Positions 1 through 12,000 of a stretch of DNA of 56,547 bases are shown here, piece after piece (the first letter of the stretch is position 1; each line of letters opens with the position of its first letter). The translations under genes were made by a program, and so were the position numbers. The DNA comes from Rozella allomycis CSF55 (taxonomy: Eukaryota): NCBI GenBank assembly GCA_000442015.1, contig KE561174.1, positions 1-56,547 of the forward strand. The letters run 5' to 3'. The notes below the pieces were generated by a model. The model had not been told where the DNA came from and ran no database searches. It worked only from the letters and a program-made list of their open reading frames with translations.

Positions 1-5
1 TTCTA

Positions 6-40
6 TTTTTAATGCGAGCGAAGCGAGTACAACCGCTAGT
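6..40 (+). mobile_element. Helitron-like terminus (GC-GAA-GC hairpin + CTAG-T), copy 1
   Basis: tttttaatgcgagcgaagcgagtacaaccgctagt, identical 35/35 to 23211-23245 with different flanks. A hairpin shortly upstream of CTAG followed by T is the Helitron 3' end signature. Confidence 0.6.
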
Positions 41-85
41 CATATAACTGTTGAAATACGGTCACTAGGTCAAGAGAGTAAACAA

Positions 86-3000
86 ATGCAATCAAATCGC
101 TTACCTGAAATAAGCCCTTCATCTGAAACGCTAAAGTCTGATAAATTATCTTCAAAGAGCCGCGAAGATGAGTTGCGTGATATTCTTTTGCGAAAGAATA
201 AGTGTTACACCTTGAAAGGTTCGAATTACCAATCAACTAAAGTAGAGCTCTGCAGAGTATCAAGAGAATATCGCCGTTTGCAGCATCCGATATTGCTTGA
301 AAAACAGCGAGAGCTTTGCAATTACCCTATATGTACATCTAGAAATAATCAAAGAAAACCAATGAAGCCTCCCCTCAGATTGCCTTCCATCAAAGCGAAA
401 TATGGTGACGAGGAGCCTCTTACGGATGATCAACGTTATCAAAAAACCTTTAAGCATATATTTGTAGAGACTGTTGTAGAAAAGAAAAACAAAAACATAA
501 AATTCCCAAAAAGTAAATATTGCATACCAAGGAAAGATATAGAAGAACCCCAATTATTAGATCCTACACTGTTTATATCCAATGAAGACGAGAAATTGAT
601 AAAGGCTATTGATTCTGCAGCGAACAAAACAAAGGAAGATGAACTGAGAGTAACAAATATCATTCATGATAAGTAGGCGAGTACCAATTTTTTCATTCAT
701 TCTATTCGACGCAATATAAAGGTTAATTTCCCCGACACTGCAAAGAAAGGAATACTCAAGTATATTTCTAAAGAGCTCTTGACTGACCATCCATTACTTG
801 CAAATACCCTCCTTGATGAAATTAAAGATGAATACATTGAAAGTGAGACTCAGTCTGCTTTAAAATTTGTTTTGAAGAATCCCAATGTTAATACTGAACA
901 GCATGTTCAATCCTTGTTTTACGTCAAGGAACACGTCCCAACACTCCCTGCGCCCTGGCATGAATCTTTTGTCGCAAACAAAAAACGGCTTGAAGGTCAC
1001 CTGATGATTGGACATCCCGCGATGATAAGAATTCTTGAATTGAGCGGTGTTGTTGATCATATAAGACTATGTGATACTCATGAAATTTTAAAATCTGCTC
1101 AGAAGCTTCGTTTGACTAGCTTCAAATCTATGGTTTTAGTTCAGTCTGAAGTTTGCCGCGACCGACTTGTGAATGGGTAATTTACTATTTTTCTTATTTA
1201 AAAGATGGCTAAAGACTGTGATTGAAATTTTGTCTTCATTTTTCATGCCTGAAAAGAAGAATGAACGGGCTAAGAACATGAGAGTTTTTAGATGTGCCAC
1301 TGCATTTGTGCAAATTCAAATTCGCAGTTTGATTTTAGATTCTATAGATAGATATTGTTCCATTTTTGATGATATTGAAAAGAATCCCCACTTTTTTTTA
1401 AAAGTATTTGAATGTGAAAACCAAATTGCTTGTGAACCTAGGATCGAAGATGTTGAAGCCGCAATATTGGAAAGTATTGATATCATGTTGACCACAGTGG
1501 ATTCCTTGCCATCTTTGTATTACAGTGTTAGTGTTAAGCCAAACGAGACAGAAGATACTCTATCTCTTGTAGATGAAGATATTAAGATTACTATTAATGA
1601 CGACCATGTAGAAAATGTGAAGCAAATATTAAAAGAAAAGATGAAGTTTGGTCATTCGAGTATTTTGAAATACTTTGATACTTTCGAATCCTATAAATTT
1701 TTGTGCAGCAATGGACTTCAAGATGAAATTGCTGAATTTTTCAAATTTAGTCATTCATTTGAAGAATTATCAATGGTAATATGTGATATATATTGTGTTA
1801 GCAAATTGAAAAGTATAGGAATATGCCAAATGAGATCTATTCGAATGCAAGAAATGTAACGATACCCTTATTTCATGTGAACATGGAAGAATATTTCAAA
1901 TACTTATCCGATCGTGCGATTTCAATATCTGATCAATTTTTATCAAAGATGATGCAGGACAGCATTGTTAAACAAAAAGGGTAAGAAGTAAAATTCAGTT
2001 GAATAAAGAATATGCAAGAGATTTGAGAATATCCAAGATAGGGCATTAAGAACCCCAGAAACATTTAAAGAAATGGCTGATCTGATGACTTTTATGGAGC
2101 ATGTAAAGAATGTTGAATTGCCAAGTTTGAATGAAGAACTTGAAGAAGCAAAGAGAAGATTCCTTTATATAATCAATCTCGGATTTTTGACTGAAGAGAT
2201 TGTCGCTTTGAACACAGTAACATTCACATGGCCAATGCGACTTCAACCAGTGCTTGATCGCAATGAAGAAATCTTACTGAGCGCGAGAAGGCAGAATGAA
2301 AAATTGTTAGAAGAGAGAAGAAATAAGTTTTTGGAAGAATTAGAAGAACTTGAAAGTCAAGTTGTGGAGCTTGAAAAGGTGGAAGATTTTGATGAAATGC
2401 AGTTTTATGTGAAGAAAGTTCAGGGGATGATGAAACAGCTTGTTAGCGCTCAGGAAACGATTGCTGCTTTTAACAAAGAAGAAGGATTGTTTGGATGGCC
2501 TTTAACAGATTACCCTAAAAGAAATGCAATTATTGATAAATTGGAGCCTTACAATCAGTTGTATTCTGCAGCGGTGTCATTTCAAAAAGCTAATAAGAAA
2601 TGGATGGATGGAAATTTCGCTGAATTAGATCCACAAAATATTGAAGATGAGTTAGATTCTCTTAGAAGAGAAACCTTTAAATTGGCCAACATTTTAAGTG
2701 ACGCCCCTGCTCCTAGGAACATTCTTGCGATGACGAAACAAAAGATTGAAGAATTTTCAGTTAATTTGCCAATGATAAAGATTTTGTGCAATCCTGGAAT
2801 GAGAGAAAGACATTGGATCAAACTGTCTCAGATTTCCAACATAAACTTGAAGCCAGATGCAACCGCTTCACTTCGCAAGTTTCTTAAGATGAATTTAGAG
2901 AAATTTATTGATAGTTTTCAAGAAGTGAGTGATTGTGCCAGCAAAGAATATTCACTTGAAAAGGCTTTGACTAAAATGAAAGGAGAATGGGACCCAATAT

Positions 3001-6000
3001 TGTTTGTATTGAAGCCTTACAGAGAAACAGGAACGTGTGTGATTGCAGCTGTAGATGATGTTCAACAGCTCTTGGATGATCAGATTGTTAAAACACAAGC
3101 CATGCGTGCATCGCCATATAGCAAACCGTTTGAACAGGATATTAAAACGTGGGAACAAAAACTATTGCTTACACAGGAAATAATTGATGAATCGTTAAAA
3201 GTGCAAGCGACCTGGCTTTATTTGGAACCAATTTTCAGTTCAGAAGATATAATGAACCAAATGCCAATCGAAGGCAAAAAGTTCAAACAAGTTGACGCGA
3301 CTCGGAGAGAAGTTATTAAAGTAAGATCATTAAAAATGTTGAGATAAGACATTTGAAGCACAAGGGCAGGTTCTTAAGGTTGCCGATATTCCTGCATTGC
3401 TCGATGAACTAAAGGGCTGCAATAACTTTTTAGAAATAATTCTAAAGGGCTTGAATGATTATTTAGATGCAAAGAGATTATTTTTTCCAAGAGCTTTCTT
3501 TCTTAGTAATGACGAGGTAACAATTGGAATCAAATAATTATAGCTTTTGAATATACTCAGTCAAAGCAAGGATCCAAGAAGAGTTGAACCGCATTTAAGA
3601 AAATGTTTTGAGGGAATTGCATCTTTGGATTTTGATGAACAGCTACAGATTGGTGCTGCTTTGAGCTCTGAAGGCGAGAGATTACAATTCGAATCTAAAG
3701 TTACCACAGCCGATGTAAAGGGAGCAGTTGAAAAATGGCTTTTGAAGGTGGAAGCAGCCATGCTGGCTAATGTTCGCATAGTTATCGAAAAAGCATTACA
3801 AGCATATAAAACAACTCCAAGAGAACAATGGGTTCTTGATTGGCCCGGTCAAGTTGTTTTAGCCGTCGGCCAAATATTCTGGACGGCAAATGTTGAAAGG
3901 GCAATAAGCGGCGGTGGCAAAAAAGGTCTTGAAGAGCTTCATGCTCGATTGACCAGCGAATTGAATGATGTCATCAAGCTGGTTAGAGGAAACATATCAA
4001 AAATGGCCAGGATGACATTAGGCGCACTAGTGGTTATTGATGTGTAAACATATTTTGATTTTATAAAAAGACATGCAAAGGATGTTGTATATCAATTGAT
4101 GCAAGAAGGCGTCAAGGACGTTAATGATTTTTCGTGGCTTGCCCAGTTGCGATACTATTGGGAAAACAATGACGTTTATGTCAAAATGATAAATTCTACT
4201 GTTAAATATGGATATGAATATTTGGGAAACACTAGTAGACTTGTTATTACGCCGCTTACTGATCGTTGTTATCGAACATTGTTTGGAGCACTTCAGCTAA
4301 ATTTAGGAGGTGCGCCCGAAGGCCCAGCAGGCACAGGGAAAACAGAAACAGTGAAAGATTTAGCGAAAGCTATTGCCAAGCAGTGTGTTGTATTTAATTG
4401 TAGCGATGGGCTTGATTATCTAGCAATGGGAAAATTCTTTAAAGGTTTGGCGGCATCAGGAAGCTGGAGTTGTTTTGATGAATTTAATAGAATTGATTCT
4501 GAGGTTTTGTCTGTAGTCGCCCAACAGATTTTGGTTATTCAAAGGTCTGTAGCTGCGAAATTGGAGAAGATTGTGTTTGAAGGAACTGAAATTAATTTGA
4601 AGCAAGGATGCGCAGTGTTTATTACGATGAATCCTGGTTATGCTGGTAGATCTGAATTGCCTGATAATTTAAAGGCACTGTTTAGGTCTGTAGCTATGAT
4701 GGTAATAGTTTTGGAAATTGTTGAAAAGGTGCCCGATTATGTTTTGATAGCTGAAATAACTTTATACTCTTATGGATTCATTGAGGCGAGAAACCTGGCA
4801 AGAAAGATAGTGGCGACATACAAACTCTGTTCTGAACAACTTTCATCGCAAGATCATTATGATTATGGAATGAGAGCGGTTAAAAGTGTTCTCGTAGCTG
4901 CTGGAAATTTGAAGCAAAAGAGTGGCAACTTATCAGAAGAAATAATAGTTCTCCAAAGTATCATTGACGTCAATTTACCTAAATTTCTTGCACAAGATGC
5001 TGAATTGTTTAAAGGAATCACTTCAGATCTATTTCCAGGTGTTAAATTACCAAAATTAGATTACTCATTATTTGACGAAGCATTAAGATCGAATTGCAAG
5101 AAATATAATTTGGAGCCAACACCGTATTTTCTAGAAAAAGCTATTCAAGTGTATGAAATGATGTTGGTGCGTCATGGATTCATGCTTGTTGGCGAACCGG
5201 CTGGCAAGACAAGTTTATACAAGGTTGTTGCTAATGCCCTAACAGATTTATCTAATGCTGGTCATGAAGAGTACCAGAAAGTGCAGTACAAGATTATCAA
5301 TCCCAAGTCCATAACACTCGGTCAGTTGTATGGGCAATTTGATCCCGTGTCACATGAATGGCAAGATGGGATTTTATCAGTGACATTCCGCTATTTTGCA
5401 TCTATGAACACTCCCGAACGCAAATGGTGCATTTTCGATGGCCCAGTTGATGCAGTCTGGGTGGAAAACATGAATACTGTGTTGGATGATAACAAGAAGC
5501 TGTGTTTGATGAGTGGAGAAATTATCCAGTTGACCAATACGATGAGTTTGATCTTTGAAACAAGAGACTTGTCTGTAGCTTCCCCTGCGACTATTTCAAG
5601 ATGCGGGATGGTTTATTTGGATCCAGAGTCTTTAGGCACTGAACCGATGCTGAAATCGTGGCTGTCTGTTTTGAATATTCCAAATCAAAGTAAAGAAACG
5701 CTGGAACATTTGATCCAATATTTTGTGAAAGATTGTGTTCATTTTGTGAAAAAGAATTGTAAAGAGCTTTGCATCACTTCTGAATTGAATTTGGTGAAAT
5801 CGTTTGTAAATTTGATGGAAACGCAGTTGACAGATAAGACAAAAGTAGATTTAATTGGCATTTATTTTAAATTTGTGTAAGTTTATATTTTATTGATGTT
5901 GTAGATTCGCAATTGTTTGGTCTATTGCCGGTTGTTTAGATACAGAGAGTCAGAAAAAGTTTGACGAGTTTTTCAAAACAAAGCTGCAAAAGGCTGTCGA

Positions 6001-9000
6001 TGACAATTTAATGCATTTAATGGTGCTTCCAAAAGAGGACGAGTCATGCTTTAATCTGGTGCATAAAGAAAGCCAAGGATCGTGGATGTGGAGACCCTGG
6101 TCATCATTGATCGATCCATCTTTTAATATTCCCAATAATGCCAAATATTCGTCTATTACTATTCCAACAAAGAATACAGTCAGATATAGTTATTTATTGA
6201 AAACATTGATAGAAAATAAGAAACCTTGTTTAATTACGGGCCCCACAGGTAATTATTTTCAACAGGGTTGAAAGGGACTGGCAAGTCAAAGTACATAATG
6301 AATGAATTGATGTCGCTGCCTACCGATCAGTATGATTCTACAGTGATAACATTTTCGGCGAGAACGAGCGCCAACCAAACGCAGGACATAATCATGTCAA
6401 AGCTGGACAAGAGAAGAAAGGGAGTCTATGGGCCTCCGATGGGCAAGACGTCTCTAGTGTTTGTTGATGATTTGAACATGCCGACCAAGGAGCGCTACGG
6501 AGCGCAGCCGCCCATTGAACTTTTGCGACAATTTATAGATCACGGATACTGGTACGATCGCAAGGAGATAACCAAGCTGGAGTTGACTGATGTGTTATTG
6601 CTGTCAGCGTTGAACCCGACTGGTGCGTATGACAAGGTGACGTTACGGTTCCTGCGACATTTCAATATGCTGAGTGTGAATCCATTTGATGATCAAACGA
6701 TGCAGACAATATTTGAGCGTATCTTGCAGTGGCATTTTGCGGGCAATGGGTTTGTGGAGAGTCTGCAGATGTTTGTGCCAAAGATTGTGCAGGCGACTAT
6801 TGAGGTGCATAAGCGTGTTTGTGTGAATCTGCTGCCGACGCCTGAAAAGACGCATTATACGTTTAATTTGCGGGATCTTGGCAAGGTGATCCAGGGGATG
6901 ACGTTTGCCAAGGGCAGCGAGTATGTGAGTGAGCGGGGTGTGATGCTGTTGTGGCTGCATGAGGTGTATAGGATCTACAATGACCGGCTGATTAATGTAG
7001 GGGATAGGGAATGGATGTTTGACCAGGTGAAGCAAGTTGTTGTTGATGTTTATAATGTGCGAGTTGAGGAGATTATGGAGACGCGGGAAGTTGAGTGTTC
7101 TGATTTGTGTGGGATGATGTTTGATTTTGTGCCTGATGAGAGTGGGCAGAAGAGCTACAAGGTGGTGAGATCGCAGCAGGGGTATTTGGATATGCTTAGC
7201 CGACAGCTTGAAGATTATAATAATATGAATAGGAATAGAATGAACTTGGTCTTGTTTAGATTTGCGCTGGAGCATGTTGCTAGGATTCATAGGATATTGA
7301 AGTTGCCTGGTGGGAATGCGTTGCTTGTTGGATTGGGCGGCAATGGACGCAGCAGTTTGACGCGGCTGGCGGCGTTTGTAGCTGGCTATGATTTGTTTAC
7401 GATTGAGCTGACGAAGAGTTATGGCAAGGAGAATTGGAATGATGATATGAAGAAGATGATCATGGCTGCTGGAGTTGAGAATAAAAAGTGTGTGTTTCTG
7501 TTTAGTGATTCGCAGATAAAGGATGAGTCGTTTATAGAGGATGTGAATACGCTGTTGAATGCGGGTGAGATACCGAATTTGTTGGCTAGTGATGAAAGAG
7601 CGAATGTGATTGAGAGGGTGAGGGGTGATGCGCTTAGTGAAGGAGTGAGTGAAGTTGGTGGAGTTTATAACTATTTTGTGGAGAGAGTGAAGCAGAATCT
7701 GCATATTGTGTTGTGTATGAGTCCTATTGGCGATTCGTTTAGAAACCGGTTGCGGCAGTTTTCTAGTTTGGTGAATTGCACGACGATCAACTGGTTTGAC
7801 TCGTGGCCTGGTGATGCGTTGAAAGCAGTAGCGTTTAGGTATTTTGAGAGTGTTGAGCTGGAGGGCGGATTGAAAGAAAAGATTATTGAGATGTGTCGAA
7901 TGTTCCATGAGAGTTTGGGAGTGTTGTCTGAAAAGTATATGGCTAATCTGAAGCGGCATACGTATGTGACGCCCACGTCGTTTTTAGAGTTGTTGTTGCT
8001 GTATAAGAATCTGTTGAAGAAGAAGAGAGATGAGATATTGGAGATTAAGAATCGATATGATGCTGGATTGGAGAAGCTTGATTTTGCTGCGAACCAGGTG
8101 GAGAGAATGAAGAAAGAGATTAGAGAGCTGCAGCCGCAATTGAAGAAGACTTCGGAGGAGACTAGTTTGATGTTGAGTAAGATTGAAGTTGAATCTAAAG
8201 AAATTGAGACAACGAGAAAGGTAAATGGAAAGATGATTAATGTTAATTAGGTAATTGTGAATTTATTTGAATGAAAATAGGTAAACTTTGATCATTAGTA
8301 CTTTAAAATAGGTAAACACTTTTAATTCAACTTTAATAGGTCGTAGCTGCAGAGGAAATGATCGCAGAAAAGAAAGCGAAAGAAGCAGAAGCAATCAAGG
8401 CAGAATGCGAGAGTAATTTAGCAGAAGCATTGCCATTACTGAATGCAGCATTGAGTGCGCTTGACACATTAAAGAAGAGCGACATTGATCTAGTGAAAGC
8501 GATGAAGAATCCCCCGAGCAATGTAAAACTTGTGATGGAGGCAGTGTGTGTGATGAAAGACTTGGCGCCTATGAGAGTGCCTGATCCGAGTGGCAGTGGC
8601 AAGATGATAGCGGATTACTGGAAGACGTCGTTGAAGATGATATCTGATGCGCATTTCCTAGATTCACTGAAGAGCTATGACAAGGACAATATACCTGTGC
8701 ATGTTGTGAAGAAGATTCGGCAGACGTATTTGCCGGATGCTGATTTCAAGCCAGAAAAGGTGAGGAACGCGTCTAGTGCTGCTGAGGGGCTGTGTAATTG
8801 GATTATAGCGATGGAGGCGTATGATAGGGTGGCGAAGATTGTGGGGCCAAAGCAGGAGGCGTTGAAGGCTGCTGAGCAAGAGTATAATGAGACTATGGTA
8901 GGGTTGGAGGCGAAGAGGGCTGTGTTGAGGGTACGAATATGTTTAGTGTGTGTTTGTAGGATGTGTTGGAGCGATTGGGTAATCTGCAGACTAGTTTGGA

Positions 9001-12000
9001 AGCGTTGACTATAAAGAAGCAGAATTTGGAGTTGCAAGTTGGCACGTGTGAGAAGCAGTTGGACAGAGCGGAGAAGCTGTTGGGTGGATTGGGAGGTGAG
9101 AAGAGTCGATGGACGATGGTTTCGCAGCAGCTGCAGACGGCGTACCATAATCTGACTGGCGATGCGCTAGTGTCTGCTGGAGTTATTTCGTACTTGGGTA
9201 GATGATTTTAATTGTTGTTGAGAAAGGACCGTTTACTAAATCGTATAGGATGAATGTGATTGAAGAGTGGATTGCCGCTGCGAAAGAAAAGGGGATCCCG
9301 ACGAGTGCCGAGTTTTCGCTTNGAGTGGATTACCGCTGCGAAAGAAAAGGGGATCCCGACGAGTGCCGAGTTTTCGCTTGGCAAAGTGTTGGGCGATGCT
9401 ATCCAGGTAATGAAATGATGAATTGAGTATTTTATAGATAAAGTCGTGGATCATGGCGGGACTTCCAACTGATCAATTTTCTATAGATAATGCGATAATA
9501 GTGCAGAATGCGAGGAGATGGCCATTGATGATAGATCCGCAGGGGCAGGCGAATAAGTGGATAAAGAATATGGAGAAGAGTAATGGGCTGCAGGTGATAA
9601 AGTTGACTGATGGAGATTATATGAGGACGCTGGAGAATGCGATACAGTTTGGGATTCCGGTGTTGTTGGAGAATGTTAAGGAAGAGATTGATCCTGTGTT
9701 GGAGCCATTGTTGCAGAAGTCTACATTTAAATCTGGTAAGTATCAAGTAATCAACTTAACATAGGTAAATAATATCATTTAAATTAACATAGGTAAGTAA
9801 ATAGTTTAAAAATTTTACAGGTGGAGTGGTTTGTATAAAGTTGGGGGATAATGTGATTGAATATTCTAAAGATTTTAGATTGTACATTACAACTAAACTG
9901 TCTAATCCACATTACTTGCCAGAGATTTCTACAAAGATATCATTGTTAAATTTTATGATAACAAGAGAAGGATTAGAAGATCAGTTGTTGGGAATAGTTG
10001 TAGCGAAAGAGAGGCCAGAGTTGGAAGAGGAAAAGAACCAGTTGATATTGCAGAGCACAGAGAATAAGAAAAAGTTGAAAGAGATTGAAGATAAAATATT
10101 AGAAATATTGTCGTCGGTGCAAGGGAATATTCTGGAAGATGAAACAGCTGTGAATGTATTGTCATCTTCTAAAATGATATCGAATGATTTGGAAGAAAAG
10201 CAAAAGATTTCAGAAGAAACTGAAGGAAAGATTGATGAGACTAGAGAGAGTTATAGATCTATTGCAGAGTTTTCATCAGTGTTGTTTTTTTGTATAGCTG
10301 ATTTGTCTAGTATAGATCCAATGTATCAATATTCCTTAAACTGGTAAGATTGGATTATTAAAGTTAAAATTTAGGTTTGTTGAATTGTTTATTTCGAGTA
10401 TTTTGCAGTCTAATAGATCTAATCAAGTGAAAAAGAGATTGAAGAATTTAGAAGGACATTTTCTGTATTCTTTGTATTGCAATGTGTGTAGATCATTATT
10501 TGAAAAAGATAAATTATTGTTTTCATTTCTATTGTCAATTAATATTCTCCTCAACCAAAAAGAAATTAAAATGGAAGAATACCAATTCCTAATGACAGGG
10601 GGTGTTGGAATAGAAACAACTGATGAGAACCCAGCGAGTTGGTTGAGTGACAAATCATGGCAGCAAATAAACAAATTGAGTCAATTGGAATCATTTAAAT
10701 CATTCAAGAGTGATTTCAAGCCAAATGAGTGGAAACCATTTTACGATTCAAATGAGATTTCTCATTATCCAGGCAAATGGAATTCATTGAATGAGTTTCA
10801 AAAGTTGTTGATTTTGAGATGTTTGAGACCAGAAAAGATTATTCCAAGTGTGCAAGAGTTTGTTAAAATAAAGTTGGGTATGTGATCTAGTTGGATTTGA
10901 TAGGGAATAAGTTTATTGAGCCGCCCACTTTTGATTTGGCTAGTATTTTTGATGATTCTAATAATAGAACGCCACTTATATTCATTCTATCACCAGGTAA
11001 GATGTTAAAGAGTTGAAATAATTTAGGTAAGATGTTAAAGAGTAGAAATAATTAGGTAATTCTGTCTCATTAATTAAATATTAGGTAATTCTATCTCATC
11101 AATTAAATAAAGGCGTCGATCCAATCGCTTCATTGATAAAGTTTGGTCAAGACAAGGGCTTCACCAACAACAAATTCCAATCAGTGTCACTTGGTCAGGG
11201 TCAGGGTCCAATAGCCACTCAACTAATAAAAACAGGATTGAAAGAAGGCAATTGGGTTATTCTGCAAAACTGTCATTTAGCGACCAGTTGGATGTCCACT
11301 TTGGAAAAGATTTGCGATGACATTCAAACTGCATCTGTTCATAAAGAGTTTAGATTGTGGTTGACTTGTTATCCTAGTCAAATGTTTCCTGCGTCTATTC
11401 TTATGAATGGAATCAAGATGACTAATGAACCACCAAAGGGATTAAGAGCGAATATTTTAAGGTAATCAAAAGGGAGTTTGTTAACATTAGGTAATCAAAA
11501 GGTTAAGTAGTTAATAATAGGTAATTAGAAGTGGGATAGTTAACCTTAGGTAATTAGAAGAGAGTTGATTAACATTAGGTAATCAAATGTTCTAAATTCT
11601 AAATCAAAGGTCCTATTTGAGTGATCCAATTGCCGATGAAAACTTTTTCAAGAAATGCAAAAAACATTTGGAATTTGAAAAACTTTTATATTCTCTTTGC
11701 TTCTTTCATGCTCTAGTTCAAGAAAGAAAAACTTTTGGTCCACTAGGTTGGAATATCCCCTATCAATTCAATGAATCTGATCTACGTAACTTGCTAATAT
11801 TAATCTTTAATAGGCATTAGTATAAGACAATTACAAATGTTTTTAAATGAATATGATGAAATCCCATTCAAAGCTCTATTATATCTAACGGGTGAATGCA
11901 ACTATGGCGGAAGAGTCACCGATGATTGGGACAGAAGAACTCTACACTCCATTCTCTCTCAATTCTACAACCCACAAGTCCTAGAAGACCAATCATACCT

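Noticed and set aside
6643-7959. 438-aa antisense ORF (His/Ile/Gln-rich) inside dynein
   Set aside because: By-product of the G/T-skewed dynein codons, which suppress stops on the opposite strand; no recognisable domain. The same applies to antisense ORFs at 44789-45365 and 13193-13735.
9265-9379. 57-bp tandem duplication and apparent frameshift in dynein
   Set aside because: Copies flank a single N (9322) and differ by one base. This is a scaffolding or allele-bubble artefact, not a pseudogenising event.
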